Assembly (NCBI GenBank): GCA_031399965.1
Contig: JANNPH010000071.1
Span: 1 to 30,530, forward strand
Reading direction: 5' to 3'
DNA from: Gloeobacteraceae cyanobacterium SOY_34_metabat_159
GTDB taxonomy: Bacteria > Cyanobacteriota > Cyanobacteriia > Gloeobacterales > Gloeobacteraceae
DNA length: 30,530 nucleotides
Positions 11,201-16,832 of the stretch are shown piece by piece. The position numbers and the translations under genes are program-made. The notes below the pieces were generated by a model. It made no database searches, was not told where the DNA came from, and saw only the letters and a list, made by a program, of their open reading frames with translations. Position 1 is the stretch's first letter; each line of letters begins with the position of its first letter.

Positions 11201-11646
11201 CCCGAGATGCCGATGAAGACGCCCGTGGCCGACCCGTCCAGTTGGGCCGGCACCTGACCGGCATCTTCGAGGGCTTCCCAGGCGGATTCCATCAGGAGCC
11301 GGTGTTGGGGGTCGAGGCGAATTGCCTCGCGGTTGGAGATGCCGAAGAAATTGACATCCAGGCCGTCGATATTTTTAAGAAAGCCACCCCAGCGCGTATT
11401 CAGCTTGCCGGGTTTGAAGCGGTCGGGGTCGTAGAGGGCGCCTACGTCCCAGCGCTCGGGCGGTACCTCGGTGATCGCATCCACGCCGTCGCGCATCAGT
11501 TGCCAGAAAGCGGCAGGACCGTCCGCACCAGGAAATCGGCAGCCGATGCCGATGATGGCAATCGGTTCAAGCGGAGCGGATGCATGCTGCGTGCTTTCAG
11601 GAGCGCTCGGCACCGGACCGGCGGCAATCGGATCTGTCTCGTACAT
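5260..11646 (-). CDS. Type I modular polyketide synthase, single module KS-AT-DH(like)-ER(like)-KR-ACP, no loading module
   Basis: A 2128-aa ORF with GAGG 8 nt upstream of ATG 11646. By-eye motifs in order:
- KS: DTACSSAL with Cys at 11056-11058, [19 protein letters not shown]
- AT: GHSVGE at about 9703-9732; YAFHS fits the xAFH malonyl-type pattern
- DH-like: HPLL at 8881-8892
- psi-KR region
- ER-like: about 6700-7300
- KR: [31 protein letters not shown]
- ACP: GLDSL with Ser at 5524-5526
- an acidic helical C-terminal tail of about 50-60 aa. Confidence 0.95.
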   Translation of the reverse strand: MYETDPIAAGPVPSAPESTQHASAPLEPIAIIGIGCRFPGADGPAAFWQLMRDGVDAITEVPPERWDVGALYDPDRFKPGKLNTRWGGFLKNIDGLDVNFFGISNREAIRLDPQHRLLMESAWEALEDAGQVPAQLDGSATGVFIGISGSDYGMNQFSSMELTDAYSGVGTALNMVLKRISYFYNFRGPGLAVDTACSSALTAVHLACRSIWDGQATLALAGGVNLQLSPSITLTLSKAGMMSPDGRCRSFDAGANGYVRADGAGVVVLKPLAQALADGDSVYAVIRGSAINQDGRSNGLTAPNGEAQKAVILDACRLAGVSPGQIDFVEAHGTGTPVGDPIEVNALGAVLAIDRPPGSYCALASVKTNIGHSESAAGIASLIKAALVLKHRQIPASLHFNEPNPAIPFDSLPLRVQTALGPLPKKDRANLVGVNGFGVGGTNIHIVLEEAPPQPPRPRPQTGARPFVLPLSTRSPAALSSLAERYRDFLAGQTEDSLSDICYTASRRRGHLDHRLAVVGTGAAELVGALSQFIDQASGGTAPGRGAAGRRRLVFVLPGQGPQWWAMGRELLEREPVFCREIERCDALLAPYTGWSLKAELTLPQSASRLDETAVAQPALFALQVALAALWRSWGVVPDAVVGHSVGEVAAAYIAGALDLEAAVSVVFHRSRLMQQATGHGKMVVTELSEPEAKRLLAGSEGLSIAAVNSPTSVVISGEPEAIDRLVASLAETEIYHRLMPVNYAFHSSQMEPFKIALIEALAGLKPQAASIAIFSTVSGDAARGEDFGAAYWGANVRQAVRFADALAALAAEDYNLFVELGPHPVLSGVITQTLQSLEMQATVLPSLRRNEPEQSLMLQSLGALYTQGYEVDWQQFYPFEGECVRLPSYPWQRERLWLDMLPSGGQAGVAMQATADNHPLLSRRLPLAQPTWQLPLDSSSPLIGACRVEGQILLSAATFIELALAAAERGLGAGSWQLTNLEISESLRFAPEASPLLQVVLSAAGDSGAIVHFYTQIAGDPAWTLRATGTIERADSGTASPTSLARLQAACNQELVASEFYDRLSGGGLDYGSPLQNLDQLWRGDGAALGRVQLPPDSLSPALFEAGQQLLIAARGEKAVPLVADQIERARLFTAPGETVWVYARLRTWAEPGEATPRGDVHCFDEDGTPIAQLEGVRLQPARSEASGIPTHWEDWLYRSEWQPRERPAERPNERKSGSWLIFGDTGSTGEALAARLRARGERCVLVVHGREYAQLGEAYFCIDPARSEDMHRLIAIALDKAKPACRGIIHLWSLDASPGETTTMQSIEAAQTLGCVSILHLIQALAAAGLEQMPRLRAVTRSVQRVEGDTGAVAIAQSPLWGLGKAMPFEHPELGFTAIDLSPQSTPAEIQSLFEECWSSERDDQVALRGPHRYVARLVRHAPPETGPAAPAALADLFGSAARQAPGPGQIELQVRAVSLKRGPDGSTLKLAQGWAGYIAAIGEGVSGFAPGDAVMAIAPGPVVPFLIVPAALAAPKPIHWSFEQAATAPVAFLIAHHALDGLARIVAGERLLVDGADTAVGLAAVHVARRRGATVFAAAATPLPAPGTEGMFDSQSPAFSDELRSAAGGAAMDVVLSCRPGTSARRSARTLGACGRFVRLGGAAAGTTQNNLAHFAVELETLIHERPAVVGVLFTEVLSCFEAGIYAPLPVQAVNFQEAERLSEPETPGTCLALVLSEPAAGAASLQPDGTYLITGGLGGLGWSLAERLVKRGARHLALLGRRGPNPAAQQAIDRMRAAGAEVRVIQADIGRDQEVADVLNCLGASMPPLRGIVHAAGVLANGFLLQMDEERFRAVMHSKVNGAWNLHVHTANTPLDFFVVYASLASLFGSPGQGNYAAANAFLDALAHHRKAQGQPALSVCWGPWSEVGMVVNENAQERLEEWGLGGVSSEKGLDALEALLGQEEPQVGVIPIDWRMWYRYHPVVCDSPYFSCLVERHDPPAQASGPLTAEALAALPPDERCAVLESRLTRAIAQVLQLDPERVDHHQSLSAMGLDSLVALEVKNRIESAIGTLVSVTSLLRGPTIAQLAEQLLSKLVAPPTATALPAPVEVLDSDQAEALLGELEQLSDEQVHRLLNSILAEE

Positions 11647-11697
11647 ACGGAAACCTCAAGTGTTTTGAATGGCGGCCCCGTGGCCGCCGTTGCCGAT

Positions 11698-11728
11698 CAA
11701 AAAATGCCGACGCCCAGCCGGGTGTCGG
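11698..11728 (-). terminator. Putative intrinsic terminator or attenuator between the MbtH-like gene and the PKS
   Basis: Read on the minus strand, the sequence is CCGAC-A-CCC GGCT GGG-C-GTCGG (11728..11707) followed by CATTTTTTG (T-run at 11703..11698). The stem is 5+3 bp with one mismatch, followed by a 6-U tract. Confidence 0.35.
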
Positions 11729-11785
11729 ACACGACAGTTCCCGACGGGCAGGCCCGTGCCGGGAACTGGAAAGCCAGTGGTCTTT

Positions 11786-12046
11786 TTAGCTGCCGGGCTT
11801 ATGGCCGCAGATGGTCTCATCCCAGCTGCCGGTGGCCGACTCTTGTCTGCGCAGGCTGAGGGGCCGCATGTCGAGCCAGACTGCGTCGATGTGGGCCAGG
11901 CACTCGGCTTTGGAGCCGCGCTTACCGGCCGCGAGCCAGCCCAGGGGCGGCGGGTCGCCTACGGCCCAGATGGAATACTGCTCTTCGTGGTTGACGACCA
12001 CCTGGTACAGGTCCTGGGCTGCTTCGACGCCGATCGGTTGAGTCAT
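11786..12046 (-). CDS. MbtH-like protein (NRPS adenylation-domain chaperone)
   Basis: An 86-aa ORF. AGGAG lies 6 nt upstream of ATG 12046 and overlaps the PPTase stop. It contains the MbtH signature [14 protein letters not shown]...PLGW...[21 protein letters not shown]. Confidence 0.85.
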   Translation of the reverse strand: MTQPIGVEAAQDLYQVVVNHEEQYSIWAVGDPPPLGWLAAGKRGSKAECLAHIDAVWLDMRPLSLRRQESATGSWDETICGHKPGS

Positions 12047-12055
12047 GATCTTCTC

Positions 12056-12829
12056 CTAATCAGGTTGGTTGGATGGTTGGGGCCACCGCCGCCAGAGCAG
12101 ACGGCCCAAAGGACCCTGCACAGCCAGGGCGGCAGCGTAATTGAAAGCAGGCTGCAGTTCGCGCAAAGACCACCTGGCCGCCGCCTTTTTGTCGCCGTCG
12201 ATGGCGAGCAGCCGGGCTGCGCCGTCCCCGTCGAAGCCCACCTCCACCCGGTCGAGGGGTGCTGTAAGCCCATCGCCCGTCGCCTTCAAGCAGGCTTCTT
12301 TGCAGGTCCAGCTTCGAAAAAACGCCTGGCGCCTTTTGTCGGCCGGTAAGACCCGAAAGGCCGCCGCTTCGCGCTCGGAGAAGTAGCGCTCGACCAGTGA
12401 CTCGACTACCAGGGTGGAGCGGTTGTACTCGATGTCGATGCCGATTTCCCGGTTCAAAGTGACGGCGTAGAGGGCAAGCCCCGCCGAGTGCGACAGGTTA
12501 AAGCGCAGCGGGCTCACCGCGAACGCCCCTGCCAGGGCCGGTTTGCCCGAGCTGCCGTAGCTAAAGTCCAGATCTGTGGGCTCGCACTGCAAATAGCCGC
12601 TCAAAATGGTTCGCAAAACCCCCCGGCCGATGATGAAGAGGTCGCGGTCCCGCTCGAAGTGGTAGCGCCCGGCGCGCGCGCGCTCCTCTAGATCCAGGGT
12701 TCGTCGCCACCGCTCCACCGGTCCGAGAGCCTGCAGGGAGACGCACCAGACGTGCAGGTCCCCACTGGCCAGTTCACCGACGCTCGCGCCGGTCAGTGCA
12801 TCGTCCGCTAAGAGTAATCGAGTTTCCAT
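12056..12829 (-). CDS. Sfp/HetI-type 4'-phosphopantetheinyl transferase
   Basis: The track ORF 12056..13201 has an implausible Ala/Arg/Pro/Thr-rich extension that overlaps the upstream ORF. In-frame ATG 12829 gives METRLLL (257 aa). Motifs are SSGKPAL, FNLSHSAG, IGIDIEY and WTCKEACLKATG. Confidence 0.85.
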   Translation of the reverse strand: METRLLLADDALTGASVGELASGDLHVWCVSLQALGPVERWRRTLDLEERARAGRYHFERDRDLFIIGRGVLRTILSGYLQCEPTDLDFSYGSSGKPALAGAFAVSPLRFNLSHSAGLALYAVTLNREIGIDIEYNRSTLVVESLVERYFSEREAAAFRVLPADKRRQAFFRSWTCKEACLKATGDGLTAPLDRVEVGFDGDGAARLLAIDGDKKAAARWSLRELQPAFNYAAALAVQGPLGRLLWRRWPQPSNQPD

Positions 12830-12833
12830 AGGG

Positions 12834-13214
12834 TCACGCAAGCGTGTAGAGGTCGTGGCCGTCGCAGCGCCGGTTGCGCAGGCGGTTGGCTTCCCTCTGG
12901 GTGTATTGGCTGACTGACGGGTTGCCCCGGCTCGGATCGGCGGTGCCCGTGGTGCGCTGCCAGACGCCTGGGGCAACGGGCGAAAGTTCGTGGTGGTCGT
13001 CGAGTTTGCGGACTTGATACCAGGTGCTCTGCTGGCACTCGGTGCACCAGAAAGCTTCGAGCCAGGTGCGCTGCGGGGCCGGTCCCGTAGCGACGTCGTG
13101 GGACAGGGGCCATTTCTGACTGACGCTGGACGCGTAACAGCCGTGCACCGGGCACTTGATCCGTCGGCCGCCGGGCTGGGTGCGCCGACGATTTCTCTCA
13201 CACCTTTTCTGCAT
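12834..13214 (-). CDS. Hypothetical small basic protein with a 4-Cys (CX4C...CX2C) zinc-ribbon-like motif
   Basis: The track ORF 12834..13253 starts at a TTG. ATG 13214 is preceded by GGGGTGGA. Third codon positions are strongly G/C, like the neighbouring genes. Motifs are CPVHGC and CTEC spaced about 30 aa apart, with an N-terminal KRCERNRRR. The stop at 12834-12836 lies 4 nt before the PPTase ATG. I do not recognise the family. Confidence 0.55.
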   Translation of the reverse strand: MQKRCERNRRRTQPGGRRIKCPVHGCYASSVSQKWPLSHDVATGPAPQRTWLEAFWCTECQQSTWYQVRKLDDHHELSPVAPGVWQRTTGTADPSRGNPSVSQYTQREANRLRNRRCDGHDLYTLA

Positions 13215-13318
13215 ATCCACCCCTGTTGAAAACAGCACGCTCAAAGGCGCCAAAGGGCTTCGGCAAAGGGGCGGAGATTATCAAAACCGTCACAGCCCGC
13301 TTTGAATGTGATCGCCTC

Positions 13319-13342
13319 GGACCGATTGTGGGCAATCGGTTC
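13319..13342 (-). other. Stem-loop in the ATPase / 4-Cys ORF intergenic region
   Basis: GGACCGATTG tggg CAATCGGTTC forms a 10-bp stem (one G.U or mismatch, depending on strand) with a 4-nt loop. There is no adjacent U-tract. Confidence 0.25.
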
Positions 13343-13378
13343 GATTCGGCGCCGCTACTACAAAATCAATTGGCGACT

Positions 13379-14107
13379 CTAGTGAGAAACCCCGGCCTGG
13401 GGTTGAGAAGCCATCTCGCCGGCCTTGCCCACCCCGATCACCTGCCCGTCCAGCATCCAGACGGTCCGGTCGCCGTAGCTTGTGAAGCGCGGTTCGTGGG
13501 TGACCATGCAGATGGTGGTCCCGGCCCGGTGCAGGGCGCGCAGCAGTTCCATCACCGCTTCGCCGTTGGTGGAATCGAGGTTGCCGGTCGGCTCGTCGGC
13601 AAGCAGGATGGCGGGGGTACCGGCCAGGGCGCGGGCAACGGCGACGCGCTGCTGCTGGCCTCCCGACAACTGGGCCGGGTAGTGGCGCAGGCGGTGGGAC
13701 ATGCCGACTTGCTCGAGGGCCTGCTCGACGGCCTGTTTGCGCTGAGGAGCGCCGAGGCCGCGGTAGGTGAGGGGCAACTCGACGTTCTCCGCCACCGTCA
13801 GGTCGCCGATCAAGTTGAAACTTTGAAAGATGATGCCGATTTCGCGATTGCGGATCCGCGAGCGCTCATCGACGCTCAGGCGCTCTACCGGCGTGCCGTT
13901 GAGAATATAGCGGCCTTCGCTAATCGAATCGAGCAATCCCAAAATCGACAGCAACGTCGATTTGCCGCAGCCGGAGGGGCCGGTAATCGAGACGAATTCG
14001 CCTGGATAAATTTCGAGATGGACGTTTGCCAGGGCGTGGGTTTCCAGTTCGTCGGTGGTGAAACGTTTGGTAATCCCTTCCAGGCGGATCAAGGCTTGTG
14101 CGGTCAT
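13379..14107 (-). CDS. ABC transporter ATP-binding protein, MacB/LolD/DevA-like
   Basis: A 242-aa ORF with GGAG 7 nt upstream of ATG 14107. Motifs are Walker A GPSGCGKST, signature LSGGQQQRVAVARAL, and Walker B ILLADEPTGNLD. Confidence 0.9.
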   Translation of the reverse strand: MTAQALIRLEGITKRFTTDELETHALANVHLEIYPGEFVSITGPSGCGKSTLLSILGLLDSISEGRYILNGTPVERLSVDERSRIRNREIGIIFQSFNLIGDLTVAENVELPLTYRGLGAPQRKQAVEQALEQVGMSHRLRHYPAQLSGGQQQRVAVARALAGTPAILLADEPTGNLDSTNGEAVMELLRALHRAGTTICMVTHEPRFTSYGDRTVWMLDGQVIGVGKAGEMASQPQAGVSH

Positions 14108-14138
14108 CGTGACTCTCCAGATAGGTTTGGTGACAGGT

Positions 14139-15392
14139 TCACTGCAGGCGGATGCGTTCGGCTTTTTCCTGGGCCGACATGTCCGAGAGAATCACCCGGT
14201 CGCCGACTTGCAGACCCTCCAGCACCTCGGCGGTGTTGACCGAACTGCGGCCCAGGCGCACCTGCACGCGCTGCGCCTCGTCGGTGCCGCGAATCAACTT
14301 GAAAAGGCCGACGGTGCTGCGGTCCTGACCGGAGGCCGGTCGCCCGACGTAGAGTACGTTTTCGAGGCGTTCTAGTTCAATCACGCCGTCCACGCTCAAA
14401 TCGAGGCGGGCCCCGGCGGGCAGCGGCCCGCTGAGCGCCAGATCGACGGTGACCGTGCCGTTTTGCACAGCCGGGTCGATCCGGGTCACCCGACCGGGGA
14501 TGAGCCCGTTGTGGGTATCGACGCTGGCGGGTTGGCCGATTTGAATGTCTTTGGCCTGGGCCTCGGCAATTTTGAGTTCCGCCTTGAGTTGCTTCGGGTC
14601 GGCGATGCGCGCCAGGTTGGTGCCGGTAATCAGTTGCTGGCCGACTTCTGAGGGCAACAGTTGCAATACTCCGCTCGTACCCGCCCGGACGCGCAGGGCC
14701 TGCAACTGGCTCTGCTGCAACTGCAGGCGGCTGCGCAACTGGTCAATTTTGGAGCGCTGGACGGCAATGCGTGCGGCGGCGGCTCGTGTCGCGATGGCGA
14801 CGCGCTGCTGTTCAAGCTGGGTGCGAGTACCCAGTTCCACCGCCCGCACCTGGGAGAGCCTGGCGGTCAGTTTCGGGAGCAGATCTTGCCTGGTGAGGTC
14901 TTGATCGACGTCGTTTTGAATTTTCGCCTGGTGGTATTCCGACTCGACGGCAGCCAGTGCCGCTTTTTGGGTCAGCAACTGGCTTTCAAGCTCGACTACC
15001 AGATTGGCCAGTTCCGCCTCGGCCCCTTTGAGTTGCAGGCGCAAGTCCGCGGTCGATTGCGCGAGGATCGGGTTACTCAGTTCCAGTAAGACCGTGTCGG
15101 GTTTCACAATCGCCCCCGGCTTCACGATGATGCGCTCGACCCGCCCTTCGGTGGTGGAGGCAATCCAGTGCACCTCCTCGCTGATGAGCGTGCCCAGCCC
15201 GCGCACCTGGCGCAGCATGGTACCGCGCTTGACGGTGTCCACCAGCACAGTCGAGCGATCGACGCCCGGTAGGGCCGGCTGGAGGTTGCTCAAGGCAAAA
15301 CTGACCAGGGCGAGGCTACCGACCGCGATGCCGGAATAAAGGAGCGGACGGAGATAGCGATTGTGCGCTTTTGCTTCGCGTGGGATGTCCAT
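14139..15392 (-). CDS. HlyD/MacA/DevB-type periplasmic adaptor (membrane fusion protein)
   Basis: The track ORF is 14139..15446. ATG 15392 (MDIPREAK) has GGAGAAACC directly upstream. The protein has an N-terminal TM segment (LLYSGIAVGSLALVSFAL), a long Q/L/A-rich coiled-coil hairpin, and C-terminal beta-barrel-like segments. Confidence 0.85.
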   Translation of the reverse strand: MDIPREAKAHNRYLRPLLYSGIAVGSLALVSFALSNLQPALPGVDRSTVLVDTVKRGTMLRQVRGLGTLISEEVHWIASTTEGRVERIIVKPGAIVKPDTVLLELSNPILAQSTADLRLQLKGAEAELANLVVELESQLLTQKAALAAVESEYHQAKIQNDVDQDLTRQDLLPKLTARLSQVRAVELGTRTQLEQQRVAIATRAAAARIAVQRSKIDQLRSRLQLQQSQLQALRVRAGTSGVLQLLPSEVGQQLITGTNLARIADPKQLKAELKIAEAQAKDIQIGQPASVDTHNGLIPGRVTRIDPAVQNGTVTVDLALSGPLPAGARLDLSVDGVIELERLENVLYVGRPASGQDRSTVGLFKLIRGTDEAQRVQVRLGRSSVNTAEVLEGLQVGDRVILSDMSAQEKAERIRLQ

Positions 15393-15435
15393 GGTTTCTC
15401 CGGAAAAATTGAGAGATGGCGTTCGGGGCAGGATT

Positions 15436-16203
15436 TCAGGCTGCACGGGACATCAGGCTGGACCCGCAAGCACTCAGGCGGTCGGGGGTGCCTTTCAGCG
15501 CCTTCAAGCACTGCCCCGTGTGCCCATCCCAGAGGTGCAGCGTGGGTGCCGCCTCGGCGGTATCGGCCGGGCTAAAAGTCAGCAGCAGTTCGTCTGCAGC
15601 CATTTTCCCGGCGTAATTTGCCGCCATGCAGACGGCCTCCGCTACCTGTGCTGCGCTGGGCCGGGTGTGGTCGAGGGGCAAGTCGTGTTTTGAAATCGCC
15701 CGGGTCGCCACGAAAGCAGGAAAAACGGTGCACCGCTGCCCGGCTGCCGTCCACGGGGCCTCGGCGGCAAGACGCTGGGCTGCGTAGTAACCGCTACCCA
15801 GAGCCGGCGGAGAGCTGACGGTGGGCGCAACGGCGACCAGCATCCCGGCCGGTCCGACCGCCTCGAAGGCCCGCATCACGGCGAGTTCTGCCGGTGAATA
15901 GAGCACCTGCATCGAGGCAACGACCCGGTCGGCTACGGTGGCATCCACCCGCAAATCGAACGACTGAGACAGCGTGTAGCAGGGAGCGTCGAGACCGAGG
16001 CACACCACCGCGGCCCCAGCCTGCAAGCAGCGCTCGGCGGTCTGGGTGAGGGTTGCCGCCCGTGCTGCGAGCAGTACCAGGTCATACCCTTCTTCAGCCA
16101 GGGCCAGGGCGATTGCGCCACCGACGATGCCGTCGGCACCTGCCACCAGGGCGACCATTGCCTGCGCTTTTTCTGCCGCACTCTGTGTCGTTCTTTCTGC
16201 CAT
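15436..16203 (-). CDS. Atypical NAD(P)-binding Rossmann/SDR-like protein with a WD40-repeat-like C-terminal tail
   Basis: A 255-aa ORF with GAGG 10 nt upstream of ATG 16203. It has a GxxGxxG-type dinucleotide fold (LVAGADGIVGGAIALALAEEGYDLVLLAAR) and YYAAQR in the place of the SDR YxxxK motif. The last 45 aa or so resemble a WD40 unit (see findings). Confidence 0.6.
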   Translation of the reverse strand: MAERTTQSAAEKAQAMVALVAGADGIVGGAIALALAEEGYDLVLLAARAATLTQTAERCLQAGAAVVCLGLDAPCYTLSQSFDLRVDATVADRVVASMQVLYSPAELAVMRAFEAVGPAGMLVAVAPTVSSPPALGSGYYAAQRLAAEAPWTAAGQRCTVFPAFVATRAISKHDLPLDHTRPSAAQVAEAVCMAANYAGKMAADELLLTFSPADTAEAAPTLHLWDGHTGQCLKALKGTPDRLSACGSSLMSRAA

Positions 16204-16496
16204 GCTGCTTACCTCGTGTGGAGATGCTTGAGATTCGACAGCCCTGCCCTGCAGGAACTACGCAAATACTAAAGACCCCACCCCCGAGAAACCAGGCGAG
16301 AACGACCGAGATTGGTCGAGTTAAGGAATTTCGCCGACACAAACCCCCGAAGCTTCTTCTGGAGAGCGTTTTAGCTTCTGGACAATTTAAAGGTACGGGC
16401 CTTAAGTGGCTTAAGTTGCGCAATTGTATCGGGGCGGTCGCTTCGATGGAGATCGCCCGAGTACTGTGAAGGGAGGATTTATGGCTGCATCTATTC

Positions 16497-16832
16497 GTGG
16501 TTTCACCTTCTAAACAACGCAAGCGCGGCGTCATCCTGACGCCCGAAGGCTACCGGCGTCTGCAAGAAGCCAGGCGTCAGATCGAGCGCCAGGAAAACCT
16601 GGGTGGGCGCTATTCCCTTGAAAACTTGAGCGAGCGCACCGGCCTCGCACCCCGGACCGTCACCCGCGTGCTGGCCTGCGCGGAGGGCGTCGACAAGCAA
16701 ACCCTGGAGCAATTGTTCTGGGGTTTCAGCCTGGAGCTGACCCGGCGCGATTACACCAGCGTCGGAGCAAGACCTGCCGTCCCGGAGCCTGCTGTGCCGT
16801 CCCGGAGCCTGCTGTGCCGGATACGCGCTTGA
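16497..16832 (+). CDS. N-terminal helix-turn-helix fragment of the split STAND (NB-ARC/WD40) gene; possibly a pseudogene piece
   Basis: The start is GTG 16497. The sequence [73 protein letters not shown] matches the HTH module that normally forms the N-terminus of cyanobacterial NTPase-WD40/TPR proteins. The ORF ends at 16830-16832, out of frame, immediately after the 20-bp duplication. Confidence 0.7.
   Translation: [111 protein letters not shown]
16775..16819. repeat. 20-bp perfect tandem duplication (2.25 copies) of TGCCGTCCCGGAGCCTGCTG
   Basis: Unit 1 is 16775-16794. Unit 2 is 16795-16814 and is identical. A partial third copy, TGCCG, occupies 16815-16819. Confidence 0.95.

Noticed and set aside
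12056-13201. A 381-aa version of the PPTase ORF
   Set aside because: The N-terminal 124 residues are Ala/Arg/Pro/Thr-rich and overlap the better-looking 4-Cys ORF in another frame. PPTase homology begins right after Met125 (ATG 12829).
13226-14239. A 337-aa plus-strand ORF antisense to the ABC ATPase
   Set aside because: The reasoning is the same as above. The minus-strand ATPase has unambiguous Walker A/B and signature motifs.
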